A stretch of DNA of 63,162 nucleotides, filler included, from Sphacelaria rigidula (Eukaryota), in NCBI GenBank assembly GCA_964200075.2. It is 9 parts of 9 records of this genome, joined end to end, with 100 filler letters (N's around TTAATTAATTAA, not from the genome) between each part and the next. Parts side by side here need not be neighbours in the genome. Positions count along the whole stretch, not along the records: positions 49,207 to 56,134 come from CAXNAA020017362.1; positions 56,235 to 63,162 come from CAXNAA020017363.1; 7 more parts are not named here. One strand, written 5' to 3'. The translations under genes and the position numbers were made by a program. Each line of letters starts with the position of its first letter. The first letter of the stretch is position 1. The notes beneath the pieces were generated by a model. That model did no database searches and was not told the DNA's origin. It saw only the letters and a list, made by a program, of their open reading frames with translations. Positions 49,277 through 62,260 of the stretch are shown here, piece by piece.

Positions 49277-49443
49277 TCCTATCATGGCATGGCTCGACCT
49301 CTGTACTGTTATCATGAATTGTACCCGACGACGACAGGAGCTATCGGTGTCTGTGTCTATCACCACAGTGACCGCAGGTCTGAGTGCTGTCTGGCGCCCA
49401 GAATACACAAGCATCTCGCTGTTGCGCAGCCGAATCGACGTAG

Positions 49444-49794
49444 ATGAGGCTCCTTCAGTTTGCGTACTTGCCTCTCTGCTCTGGCCTGAGCCCCATCACG
49501 CTGAAATCTGCAATGGTAGTTCCCTCGAAGAGCCCAAATATGAAGCTTAGTGGGAGTAGTTGGCCTCGTCGACGTCCGTCAGTGGTGGGACTGGTGGGGG
49601 GTATTGCCTCGGGAAAGAGCACCGTATCGCATGCTCTTGCGGAGTATTGCGGCTTGGCCGTTATCGACGCTGACAAGCTTGGCCACGAGAGTTACTCACC
49701 TGGCACCCGGTGTTTCGGAAAGCTAGTCGATGAATTCGGCCGCAAGATTGTTGCCGGAGACGGTACGATTGACCGCCGCGCCCTTGGTGAAGTG
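49444..49794 (+). CDS. coaE: Dephospho-CoA kinase exon 1 (start codon uncertain; alternatives lie 23 and 32 codons downstream)
   Basis: VVGLVGGIASGKST P-loop, VIDADKLGH, DGTIDRRALGEV; donor gtacgt. Confidence 0.93.
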
Positions 49795-50288
49795 GTACGT
49801 TTCGTGCGTTGTTCGTCGTATTTTACAGTACACACACTACCGTCGCTATTAGGCTGGACCGGTTGAGATGACAGTCCCGTTCCCGGGTCAGGTGTCGGCA
49901 AAGATGTCAGAGCTGCGCTGCAGCTTGCTTTTTCGTTATCACCGAAGTATCACTTGGCTGCTATCATTTACGCCCACGCAAGTGCAGCATAGCCCACATC
50001 GCGTGTAGCAGGAGTGCTGCGAGTCGACTGTCTGTAGAGGCCGTTGCGGCAATCTTGGGCTATGGCGTGGTCCTTATTCATGATCCACTACAGCAGTTGA
50101 ACTTCAATGATGGTATTTACTCAATCGGATTTTTTTCACAAATGATTTGTCACCGTGAGTCGAGAATTTGAGAGTCAATGAGCAGTAGAAGAAGAAGCAG
50201 GTCTTGCTCAGCCCACATTTCTCAATTTGGTGTTGTCGGAATGATAAACGGTAAAACCGCGTTTATCGAGGGGGTGTTATTGACCACA

Positions 50289-50440
50289 TGATTGATTGAT
50301 TGATTGATTGTCGCACTTCAATTCATCCCCCAGGGATGCAGCCGTGGTCCCATGATAGACGTACCCAAGACGAAACAAAACTGAAACACTCGCTGGAGAA
50401 AAAGAAGTAACAGAAGAAGTCGAACAGAACGACATAACGC
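50289..50440 (-). mobile_element. Retroposon family C 3' fragment
   Basis: (GATT)5 followed by gtcgcact..ccccagggatgcagccgtggtcccatgatagacgtacc. Confidence 0.75.
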
Positions 50441-50962
50441 GTCTTTCTCTTTGCTCTGCTCTCCTTCTTGGTCTGTTTCGCCTTCTAATTTTACGAACGA
50501 GCTTTTTTTCTGTCCCGATTTTCTTTTGGCACGTCTATCACGGTACTTGCCTTTGTTTTTGACTGAATATGACCCCAAAACATGGTTTTCTGGCTGTAGC
50601 GTGAAGAATATTGAGAAAGCCGTTGGATTGTTCATTGCGACGATCTGGATCGGTTCGGTCGCGCGAAAACATTAACCCTTTTGTAACCAATTGACGATAT
50701 TTGTTTTCGTGAATCGGCATCATTTTGACTTGAAAATTACTAAAATGAAGCCGATTCCCAAAAAAGCAAAAGTCGTTTGTGGGTTCCGAAAGCGAAAACC
50801 ATGAGCTGTACATTCGCAGGACCCCTGACAACCCTTGAGCCCATATCTCGATCATAAAAAATATGTGCTTTCTCGACATTTGTGTCGGATATTCGCGTCT
50901 CTCGATTCTCAAAGTTTGGGATCAAACAGAAAAATGCGAAGTTATTATTCGACTGCTATAAA

Positions 50963-51243
50963 TAGCGTATCGTGAGATTGAGAACAGAGGATACGATCGA
51001 GAGTGAAAACCGGTCAGTTAATGAATGATTCGTTTCAGTTCCGAAATGCCCCTCCATGAGGCCCGACATGCTTTCTTCGGGTTTTTTGCCACTGAAGCCC
51101 TTAATGTCTCTGAGTAGCTGTCAGCACACGCCAGTGTTACAGGCAAAGGAAAGCACACACAAAACAAGAAATTAATCAAGTCGAAGCGAATGATCAAACC
51201 CACTCTCAATCAACGCTCTATCCTCTATCTCACGAAAACATTG
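50963..51243. mobile_element. MITE with CGTGAGA...TCTCACG TIR core (possibly hAT-type)
   Basis: Homologous to 62261-62565 and to the end at 6880-6930; TSD not recognisable. Confidence 0.7.
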
Positions 51244-51489
51244 TTTATGGTGGCATATCGAATCGGAAAACTGGATAAGACTCCTCTGGGTAACAATACG
51301 CATGGTGTCCAAGACATGTTGCGGCGATAGATCTCGTATTCTGGGGGGTCAAAAGCACAGCCAAATGTCCCACAACTCAAGCATTCCCTTGAGAAAAGTT
51401 CATCCCTAAAGAAGCAGCGCGTAACACGGCCATGAACAGTTACTCTACCTATCCCATCATGACCCTCCCCGTGTGCGAACGCCTCACAG

Positions 51490-51692
51490 GTTTTCGGCGA
51501 TCCTTCCAACATGGCGCGACTGCAGGGTATAGTTTGGCCAGAAATTCGGCAGCTGGCTCAGAAGAGGATCACGAGTCTAGGGAAGGAGGGAGTAGATTCT
51601 GTAGTTTTGGAAGCAGCCGTGCTGTTGGAGGCAGGTTGGGATGACATGTGTGACGAGCTGTGGGTTGTACAGGTGCCCCCGTATGTAGCAAG
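51490..51692 (+). CDS. coaE: Dephospho-CoA kinase exon 2
   Basis: VFGDPSNMARLQGIVWPEI...VVLEAAVLLEAGWDDMCDELWVV; cacag/gtaagt. Confidence 0.95.
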
Positions 51693-52147
51693 GTAAGTGC
51701 TACCGGCCGATCGAGGCATGCGTTCGCTACTGAACCAAGCGTATCGACTCGCACGCAGCGCGTTTGACGCTTTCTACTGTAGCGGCCATAGGGGCACTCT
51801 GAGAGACATGCTGCGTTCCGTAGGACTGTTCGTTCTACTCGCAGATGGTCTCACTGTGTCCGTCTATTCCTGGGCGGCCTCGGCCGTTCGCACAGAGTAC
51901 ATTGAATACTGCAGCAACACTCGTTTGCACGGGCTTTGCCGGTACGAATTTTGATATATATATATATATATATATACATATATTTTTGCCTCCATCGTTC
52001 AAAAACATGAAGACATGGAGTTGAAGATAAATGTTTTCCCATTGAACTCATTACTCTTGAAATTCGAAAATCGAACCGTCTATTCCCGTGCACGTGCCTG
52101 AAATGCAAGATTGGTTTTCGTCAAAAACGTGATTTTCAAAACGCATT

Positions 52148-52180
<33 letters not shown>

Positions 52181-52355
52181 ACCCCCCCACGACAAAACAC
52201 CCCCAGAGGGGAAAGAGGGAAAAGGAGGGGTAGGGCACGGAAGAGAACANNNNNNNNNNCCGTGTCGCGCCGCTGTGCCGGCTTCTGACGACTTGCTTGT
52301 GTCTGAAAACGTTCTTCTCAAATTCCCTTCCCCCCCCCCCCCCCCCCCCTCACAG

Positions 52356-52500
52356 GGCACGTCTCATGGAGCGCAACAACTTTTCGGAGGAACAGGCAGA
52401 GAAGAGGATTGCCGCTCAGCCAATGACAAACGAGGAACGAGCTGCCAGGGCGACCGTCGTCATTTCAAACGAAGGCACACGAGAAGAGATAGTGGAGAAG
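52356..52500 (+). CDS. coaE: Dephospho-CoA kinase exon 3
   Basis: RLMERNNFSEEQAEKRIAAQ...VISNEGT; cacag/gtgggt; phase fits. Confidence 0.93.
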
Positions 52501-54289
52501 GTGGGTGCGTGAATCTTGCCACTTCCTAGTAGAGGCGACTTGCGTTTTTAGCATACCCGCTAGACTGCTAGAAGTCTGTAGGCTAAATTACAAAATGCAT
52601 GTAATCGCATAAACCCGCAGATTTCATGTTGCGGAGTATCAGGTTACAGTAAGATGTAGAACCACGTCTAGCAAAGCCCCATGCAACTCCTATTTGATTT
52701 TCCTGTCTCATCATGTCGCACCGGGTACATGCTCCGAACTCGCGTCACAGGTGGAACATGTTGTGCAACTCCTCTTTCTTCTCTCAGCTTTTCAAATCGG
52801 TCGGCATTTTTCTTGATACAGGTCTTGGCCTTTTCTTCTCGACTGCGAGCTCAAAAAGTCACGTTGCTGATCGGTGGTTAGAACTCAGCATCATTTTCAA
52901 GGGCTGTCAAAGCAAATGTCGTGATTTTTCCTTCGAATCTGTTTTCATCGCTACCCGACTGGCGGGATTGTAGGCTTTTTCAAGTTGCCCTGTGCAACGT
53001 GTCCAGTGGTGAGTCCAATTCATGACGATCATCTCTAACCCTTTCGCCGCCGGAAAATCTCGGGTGGACCACAGATGGACACCATGTATGGACACCTGAA
53101 AAACGTCAGCTTTGCTCACATTGAGAACGCCGTATTACGCCAGTTGAGAGAATGTCGTTGCGAGTTAGTGGGTAATATGGAATTGCACTACAACCAAGAT
53201 AATCGTATATGAACATTAGCTTGCTATTTGAATGGATGAGATGGAAAAAACAGGCAGGAAAGACCGAATCGAGTCAAATACTCTCAACGTACGTCCAACA
53301 TCACGTTTACCCAGCGCGGGCTTGCGTGCGTGTGCTTGATGACTGTGGTGTACAACTTGGACGCAAGGAGAGCAATGGCGGACCATTGTACTGGACTGCA
53401 TATGCGGCCGTCTCCACTCTGTATAGACAGTTGTGCGGTGTTCCAAACGTTAGACCACGACAAGATGATGTGCACTTCCGGGACTGTCGGTGGAACATTT
53501 GTACCGAAATGAGGCCCTCAAAGGGTGCCCCCCCACGTTTCGCGGCGTTAATAGCAGGGACGGTATTGGAAAGGCGAGCCTACGTCTGTGACCACGGGTT
53601 CGCGAGATCGGACTAATGTGCGGAAATAATAATAATAATAATATAATTAGTCGACTCGCACTATTTATCCTCCGGTAGGTGGACTTTAACCCATTTCAAG
53701 GCAGACTCCCATCTCAAGGTGATCAACTTTAGCTGGCAATACTTGTACACCGCCTTGACGGGGACCACGACTTTGCCCGATCGTCGTGATTGTCAGCACC
53801 AATGACACCAATGGCACATGCTCCTTCGCAGCGATCCGAACTTTTTTCAACTTCAACATAGCTTGTACTATAACGTTGTTGCGATTTAGATATGGTGTTG
53901 GCGTGTTTCGCGCGCGTGTCATCGCACCTTGAAAAACTTGTACAAGCGCAATAATGCATCGCTTCACATGGAGCCGCAGTCCCGGGCGGAAACAGCCCAA
54001 AACCTGCCGTCAGGTGTCAGCTGCGTCCGTCCGGTCTGATTGGTTTCCTCTTGTCTGTTCGTTTGCTGATCGCGGCTTGGACCCTGGATCCTGTGTTTGC
54101 TAGACAAAAGCCAAAAAACAAGCATCAAATGCAAACATCACAAGCGGCGTTCGAGGTTACGCCAACTCCTACATGACCCAAAGGAGCGACTCAACACACC
54201 AAGGTCCATCAATCAAAGCTCGACAAATTCGCTCGTCTGTATTTTACCGTACCCGCTCGACTCATCGGCCCCAACTGTTGTGCATGCAG

Positions 54290-54439
54290 GTGAAGAAAAC
54301 GTGGGCCACCAGGAGGCAAGTGCTACTGGGCAATAGGCGCCGCCGGTCTCTAGCTGTCGCGGGCTCAGCAGCCATAGTTGTCGCGGCCTCAGCTGTTGCA
54401 GCATCAATGTTATTGGCACGAGGACGTGGACTGCGATAG
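54290..54439 (+). CDS. coaE: Dephospho-CoA kinase final exon with a hydrophobic tail (spliced total 282 aa from ATG 49444)
   Basis: tgcag acceptor; VKKTW...RRRRSLAVAGSAAIVVAASAVAASMLLARGRGLR then TAG. Confidence 0.75.
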   Translation: MKKTWATRRQVLLGNRRRRSLAVAGSAAIVVAASAVAASMLLARGRGLR

Positions 54440-56048
54440 CGCTGTAGCTGCTGTAAATGTACTATCAACCACGCGGCTGTCAAATGCGGACATTCTGAGG
54501 AGCATGGTAGGCATAGCACAGTCTGTCAAGAAAGCGTTTGTTGTTCTGTGAGAATTAGAAACTGCTGTGAGAATGTACTCGCGAAAGAGTCGGTCTCACT
54601 CAGCGAAATCTTTGGTCAACGTCGTCTATCTTGCCCTTGGTTGATTCGGGGATTAAGGCTTCGTTTATTTCGCAAGGAAAGGAGACGCACACGATTGGTT
54701 ATCGAGGGGTCGTCAGCCTCCACGTCTGCCCCGGCTTCGAAACTGGAGGCCACCCTTCCTGTCCATGTACAGCATGCACCAGACAGGCTGCACCGTCGCA
54801 ATACGGTACAAGAGGGCGGGGTGTAGAGTTTCGTGGAATGAAAATCGTCAACGCCGACTGTACTCTTTGCTGTTTGGGATCTTGAGAGTTTTCGTGTTGA
54901 AAATAGACGGCGAGAGACACCTTTGGCATCCCGATTGACTCGAAAAGGAAGCAAGAGGCATGGTGCTATGATACATACTGGCGATTTTCAGCCTCGGATC
55001 GTAGCCTCTCACGCCCATCTGGTACCAACACATATACCCAAGACGCGCATGCGGACATGAGCAACATCACACCCTGGTCTTGGCGTCGAGAGCGAACGCA
55101 GCAACATACGCCGTATATGACAAATATTTCTTTTGTCGGTGGCGAGAGGGGGCAGCGTCTCCAGTGTAAAATTCCCATCTATTCGGGTGTCATGGAAAGT
55201 TGTTCCATGGTCCTTCTCAACTTCTCTGGATATGATAAAGAGGGAACACGATTCATGAGAGGTAAAGTGCCGCCGTTCGTGTTCCGAAAAATAACTTCCT
55301 TTGCTGGAAACGTTTTTCAGATGTAAAAATGGGAAATTTCATCGGCGGAAAACTCTCTGCCCTTTGCGAATTTTCCTAGGACTCGAAAAAAATCTGGCAT
55401 CATATTCTTCAAAGATGATAAAGGCGGCTCCCCCCACCTGGTGACAGCCGTTTCGAATGTACGACAGGAGAAATACATGTTGCTTTAGAGACCTGAGCAA
55501 TCATGCGCGACAAGGCAAATAATGGGAAGTTTCAACAAAAAAAATCAAAGTTGCTTGCGTTGATGAAACTATTCAGGCCAGAATGTGAAATTTCGCAGGG
55601 GGGAATGAGCCCCATTCCAATGTTCAATCCCATCTTCCAGGAGACTGTTGTAACTTGTGCGGTTTACGCGCGCGCGTTCAACGGTCGTACGGTGTGTCAA
55701 TAACTCCGTAGAGGTCTCATTTGTTTGGGGTGGAAATCACCGAAGGCGAGGTCTCGAGTCTCCAGGCCGTAGAAAGAGGTAAAATGAGCGTTGGAGAAGT
55801 TCTTCGGCGATTCGAATTTGTGCCGTGCTGTGGGTTCGACGATGGCTGTAGAAGGCCGATAGTGGTCAAATGGGGATAAACTTTGGAATTGTGAGGGACA
55901 CCATGAGACACACTAGGGTATACAAGAAAAAGCTGGTAGTTTCTGGTGGGTATACCTACCTCATTGTCGGACACGATAGGGTACTCTACGAGGCCTTTGC
56001 TTTCCGCGGCAGCGCTGTTCGGCCCCACATCGCGCTTTTTTCGCAAAG

Positions 56049-56134
56049 AACAGCCGATCATCGAAATTGAGGATTGAGATTGTCATCGAGGATGAGAACC
56101 CGGAGGATTAAAATCTTCGTATCGACACTAAATC
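56049..56134. mobile_element. Left end of a 7607-family foldback at the contig end
   Basis: aacagccgatcatcgaaattgagg..gaggatgagaacccggaggattaaaatcttcgtatc. Confidence 0.8.
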
Positions 56135-58056
56135 NNNNNNNNNNNNNNNNNNNNNNNNNNNNNNNNNNNNNNNNNNNNTTAATTAATTAANNNNNNNNNN
56201 NNNNNNNNNNNNNNNNNNNNNNNNNNNNNNNNNNGACACGTTACAAGTTCACGAAAACAAGCAGAGTTTTCGTCACATTTGGAAAGTAAAATGCTATGTT
56301 AGGGTTCATGCGAAGCACCACACGTTACATCACGTTATGTTACATATGTCCCATCCAAAAACTCAACCCGTACGTAGCGTTAAATGACCTAAAGTTGCGT
56401 TTTTTCGAATGTGTCACGTCAAAGCGTCACGTGTAAACGTGTATACCCCTGAAGAAAAGGAAGGAGTAAAATCAAAAGGAAAAAAAAAACAGTCAGCTTT
56501 GTCATATCATGTTTATATTTATTTTGTACTTTTGGGGGGAAAAAACATTGGTCATTCAGGTTGTTGAATGTCTAGTGTGTCTGTTGGTCCGGGACTTTTT
56601 TTTTGTCTAGTGGCGGGCTCTGGTACATGTACGGTGACAGTCTGCGCATTTTTTATCTAGGTTCTGGTGGCTCATTTTACAGCGCCTTTGACAGTCAACG
56701 CCAACCCGAGAGTCTATAGGTGAGGGGGGGATGGGGGGGGATACACTGGTCTCAGGGTTGCTGAGTATGCACTTGAAACGTTTCGTGGATGGTCAGTATA
56801 TACATCCCTGTTTCCACGTGTCACCGTTGGTTGGTCGCTTGTAGCCTCGCGTGTTGTCAAGTGGTTTGTATTCCTCATAGAGTGACAACCCAATCCTCAG
56901 AGCTGAAGGATGAGTGCCGCTGGACTGGGATTTTCAGGTGCCCCGCCTGCTCTCAGCCGCGGGACCAATGCCCTTCCTCTTACAAAGGGTATACCCCTTA
57001 GCACTGAGGGATACAGATATTACTGAAATCACCTCCAAATGATCTAAAGTTCAACTGTTTTGCGAGTGGGGTTACGCGTTTCCTTGTTGCCTTTGAAGCC
57101 TGGAGTTGCCTCCATCTATACGGACTGAAGCGGCGCTGTATCTACCTCATTGCAGTGGAAGGAAAGGATCAGATACACAATGTTGTTCATGTGACTGTTC
57201 GATACTATTGCCCCCACTAAACGACGGTAAACACGCGCCGGCAGTTCGGGTGGAAGGGGGCAACGGGCGGATTGTGTGTACGTGTACAATACAAAATAAC
57301 TAGGGTACCACCCTGAAGACTCAGTATATCTAGTGCTAGGGACGTTTGCCCTCGCTTTCGACATGACGGGTATAGGTGGCATCGGACTATCTCGTTTGAC
57401 ACACGCGCGCGGCTGTACGACGGGAGCAGCGGTGTATTTTCTTGTCTATTCCTGGTATGATTTCAACCCCCCCCCCTTGCGCTGCACAGGACGGATTCAC
57501 AGACTCAAGCTTCGACTTATCGACGCATGTCTCCCATGGAACTCACCTTGTACTCTCTTGTCGGGTACTGGACCAGCTCTCCCGCAGTCCCTTCGACTTT
57601 GATCAAAACAATGTGTAGTTGCTACAGCATGTCCGCTGAACATCAAAAGTTGACTGAAAATCGAACGGGGGAGGGAGGCATCACGATGCTTCGTACACCT
57701 CATCCGTTCCGACCATTGTTGACCACAAAGATCCTCGGAAGGGCGGGAAATTCTTCTCAACAGAGCGATTGGTTCTGGTTTAAGCATGTGCCTGCGGAGA
57801 GCAGTGGGAGGGCGGGGAAAGGGAAGAGGGAAACACGCAGCAAACTAGTTCGGAAACTCGCACGTACGGTTGTGTCATCATTCTCACCGAAATCGAACCG
57901 AGGGTATTCATGATGATGAAAAGCATCATGTCTGGCGTGTGAACGCACGAGCGGCGACATCACTATCTCACCGCTTCTACTCAAAACATTCTTTTCTGTC
58001 TTCGCTCTCTCATGAAATCGGCTTCCGTTTTGGCCATCGTGGCGTGTCGCGAGCAG

Positions 58057-58125
58057 GGAGAGAAGGGCACCCTACACGCGGCGTTGGAGCGGACGAAAAG
58101 CGAGCTGCACGACAAGGAAGAGCAG
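58057..58125 (+). CDS. Candidate exon of a coiled-coil protein
   Basis: gcag acceptor; GEKGTLHAALERTKSELHDKEEQ; donor gttggc; phase 0 into 61285. Confidence 0.5.
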
Positions 58126-59029
58126 GTTGGCATGGTTTCACAGCTCTAGTTCAACAAAGTTTTAACCCGCACTATCCGACGGCACTGCCGATACTTTCGA
58201 CGCTAGGTATCGGTCATATTTTGTCGTCCGTTTTGTCTGATGATGCGAAGCTTCCATCACAATGACAGGCTATGTTTGCTGTGAGGGAAAAAACTATCAA
58301 TAGAGCAGCGGACCGGCTACATTTGTGTGGAACTGGTATTGCTCGCTTTTTCGCGTGTTGCTACCAACCCAGTACGGCTTTGGATAAGGGCGAAGTTGAC
58401 TTAGATCATCGAGCACCCGCGAGCGACCGGATGATTGTCTCAGATGTCAAGCTCCTCCGCGGGCGTCGCGATCTTTGCTACGAAGAAGATATACTGAGTA
58501 GCTTTGTGGTGATGCAGCAAAAGGGGTTTCATCTTGTGTTGTTTCGACACGTACTTCGTACCGAGTCATGCGACGGTAGGGGGTGCAAACTATTTACCTG
58601 AGTTGAATTGTAAGGAACCCTTCATCTTGTCCAAGAACGGACTTGTGAACTATGTGAGAGCACACCACGACTAGCATTCCAATGGGCAAGGGATATCCCG
58701 ATTGGACTTTGAAACGGGAATGTCTTTGCTCATGTTATTGTGTATAGCTGCTAACCATAGGGGCCCCTCAATGAGAAACGTCGGGGCCCAAATGTGCAAC
58801 GTGCAACCCTTACATTGGAATACCGTCTAGCCTCGTGAGCAAGTCCGTACGCAGGTAGGTGGGTATGCTCGTTTGTGTGCGTGACTGATTGGTTGGTTGC
58901 TGTTCGCACATTGTCAGCTCATCAGCTCCGACTCCAGCTGTGGTCCCAAGGTATACGCACTCAAGGTGAACAACGGAAGTACAGACAGAAACAGAAATCA
59001 AAGGGAAACAAAATAGAGAAAACAGACGG

Positions 59030-59200
59030 ATTGATCGATTCTTTCGATTGGTTGTCGTACTTTGACTGACCCCCCAGGGGTCCAGCCGAGGTCTCATGAT
59101 AGACGTACCCAACAAAAACGAAACTGAAACACGCCCTGAAAAAAAGAAGGAACAAAACAAAACAAAAAGTCGAACAGGACGACACAGCAGACTAAGTCGT
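59030..59200 (-). mobile_element. Retroposon family C 3' fragment
   Basis: gattggttgtcgtac..ccccaggggtccagccgaggtctcatgatagacgtacc. Confidence 0.75.
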
Positions 59201-59909
59201 AACAAATATTGATTGACGTAACGCATTATATAGATGCCAGGATAAGAACAAGTGCCAATCCCGAGAAAACCTTCTGATAGGTGCCTGCAATAGCGTCAGG
59301 CAAGAAGGCCGTAGGAAAGACAGGGCTGTGGAAGCAGGTTGCGACTCAGCCATCCGGAGACTGGCCGCGCCAACAGGCCGGAACCCATAGTCACAAGCTG
59401 TTCAGGAGGAAGTGACGAACCGAATTTCGATACGGCAGGCTGGAAACATGAACAATAAGGAACGGAAAAGAAAAAAAAATAGCATCAGGAAAGATGAGGG
59501 AAAAAGTGACAATGGAGAAGGGGGACGTAGACGGGGCAACTCAAGGAGAAGGAGGGTGAGAAAGCCCGAAAACAAAAATATACGTGTGGCGTCATCCTCC
59601 GATAGGGGGGGGGTAGGAGCGTATTTGGGGCTATTTCTTCCACGAAACTTGATTTCAAATCGTCGTTGAAAGTAGCAACTTCTGTTCGAACTACCTGTTA
59701 CCAACACGACACACTCATCCACACTGCTTGACACCGTCTTCACCCAAATATGAGCGCACCGAGAGTGTCTTGACTCGTCTGACACACGTGTGAGCCCTGT
59801 TTTTCATATATCAACCCCCCGCCCCCCCTATCGTAGTATCACTCTGTGCGTGGATATATGTGCTCACGTACATGTTTCCTTCCACCTCCCTTCCTATCCA
59901 TAGCCATCC

Positions 59910-60195
59910 ATGAGGTAGTGTTAAACCCGTGACTGTCTCTTGAAGTGTGGATACCAGAAAATGAAGCAGCTCACTCAAGGCCATTATCCATACGCAAGAT
60001 AATCAGTACGCTTCGGGCCGAACAACCTTGGCAAGATGCAGCCCGCCCTTACTGCGACTCGCCGAACACATCACGGCGCATCGCGCTTGGTGATTGCAAG
60101 CCTGGTCTGGCGAGAACCCGGTGTGCTCCGTCCCGATTTTGTAGGGAATCGAGGTCAATGGTCTTACGGCTACGGCAGCAAGATCATGAGCACCT
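59910..60195 (+). mobile_element. Family B retroposon copy
   Basis: Collinear with 41680-41981; ends gcaagatcatgagcacc. Confidence 0.78.
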
Positions 60196-61284
60196 CCTTA
60201 TCCATCCATCTATTTATCTACCCATCTACATCTATGTGTATATTCATCCATATATTTACCTATCCTCCATGTATCCGTGTATCCATCCGTAACCATATCT
60301 TTTTGTCATTGCACGTGTCCACCTTCCATGTTCCACAACTTCTTTTCTTATCTGACCTTGGGGTCCTGAAAGATTTGAGTCCACGCAGCCCCAACATATG
60401 TCCGCTAATTTTCACGTCCCTTATTGCCAACGGGACATGCTTCTTATCTCGTCTGCACCGCACCAAAACGCCGATACCCCTTTGAAAAGGTGAAGGTGCT
60501 ATCGCCGTCGCCGTCTTTGTCGCCGTCTTAGTCGCCGTCGTCGTCGTCGTCGTCGTCGTTGCTGTCGTTCTCGACCCCGTTGCCGTTTGCCGTTGTCAGT
60601 TACCCAGGAATAAAAAAGTCTTGACTCCTCTTGCGTACCTCAAGCCGCGTTTGAGGCTACCACGTTTGGGCTCAGTACGATACTCGTCAATGAATCTATC
60701 AAATGTTCACGTATCATGACTCAGCCCGGTACCAGGTGCTGAGCGAGCACATGAGAAAAACGAATTTACGACTTCCTGTGCGAGCATTTCCTCTGGCCCT
60801 TGGGATATTCATGCCTCCCTGGCTGCGGTCTGCACACCTGGGGTGGGTCATGCTTATCTTGTACCACGAGCTCTCGCCCGCACCCCCCAACCCCCCCCTC
60901 ATCCCTCGAGTCCACTGCGCCCATGGTTGGAACACATGTTGTGTGATTAAGATCCTAGGGATCGAAGGCGCGTGAGCACACCACATTGCAGTGTGGAATA
61001 CTGCTTGAAACATGCTCGACTGTTCTTCACGTTATTCCAGCTACTTGGCCCTGAGGTTTAACGTCGTGTACCCTACCAAGCCTGTTCAAGGTGTGCTCCT
61101 CCCCCCCCAGCCTTCCTTCCCTCCCACGTTTCAGGCTCCTGTTCCCCGCCTGAGGTGCGCGTGGCGACGATCTGCGTGTGTGTAGGATGATGCTGTGCAC
61201 CTTGGTCTCGGAAACATGTCGCCATGAACTCTCTCACGTCGCCTCGTCCCCGCCGCACTCCGTCACGTGCGGCCGCGTGTGCAG

Positions 61285-61463
61285 GTGAAGTGTACGATGT
61301 TGGAGCTTGAGGCGGCGAGGCAGGAGTTTGAGGCGAAAACTCGAGCTACTGAAGCCGACGCTCGGCGACAGAGGGCCGCAACCGAGGCCAGAGAAGCAGC
61401 CCTTGTATCGAAGCACGCGGCAGAAATGAGCCACACCGTAGGCCACCAAAGGGACGAGCTCAG
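61285..61463 (+). CDS. Candidate exon of a coiled-coil protein
   Basis: gtgcag acceptor; VKCTMLELEAARQEFEAKTRATEADARRQRAATEAREAAL...DEL; donor gtatag; E/A/R-rich helical composition. Confidence 0.62.
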
Positions 61464-62260
61464 GTATAGATAGCCCGGAGTAACACATGATAGGGCACGA
61501 TGGGTTTTCGATCGAACTGCTTCATCATGAGGTTCTATTACTGTAGTACTGCTACTGCTGCTGCTAATTTCGCTCATGACGTTGAAATATGGAGGAAGTA
61601 TCAGTCCCAAACTCCGGTCGGAATATGTATTTATATATTCGTAGTGGATACCTGCATATTGCATGAATTCCGTTTCTTTGGGAAATTATTCCCCAAAGCG
61701 CAAATGAAAATCGATAGCGGATCTGATGCCTCTGCATATCAGGCGGAAAAGAAGTAGGCCATATTTTGGGCTGAAACAAATGTGGCTCAAGAACTACAAG
61801 CATGAATACTCCGAGTGTCTACTTGCATCAAAGAGTAGCATGACGAGCGCATTGTTAGCCGTGCTTTTTCGAACACCGCAAGGGTATGGTACTTCGAAGT
61901 ATTCCTTTGCTGTGAGCAAGTCTCTCGGAACTTACATACATGAAGAGCGAAACGCCAGATTATTGCAGGTAGTAGTGATATTTTCCCTGATCGTGTTCCG
62001 TTTGCGAATCAGCCAACCAATGATCGTTCGGCACGTCCCCGGGTATTCTATCTCGTCGTAATGCTTCCCGGTGTACATCTAATTCATTAGACAGCGTCGA
62101 AGGCCGATCGGTGTCGCACAAAACATGTTGAGAAACTCACGCCGTAGTAGAAACTCACGCCGTAGTGCCGAGACACGATCGTCATCTTGTTTCCTAACGG
62201 TATTCACTGACTTGAATTGTACAGGCTGGACGCATGGTCCCACTATTCGGTACAAAAGAA

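Noticed and set aside
48829-49794. Head-to-head arrangement of the SOS1-like gene and dephospho-CoA kinase
   Set aside because: They are separated by an artificial linker, and the antiporter exon is internal rather than first
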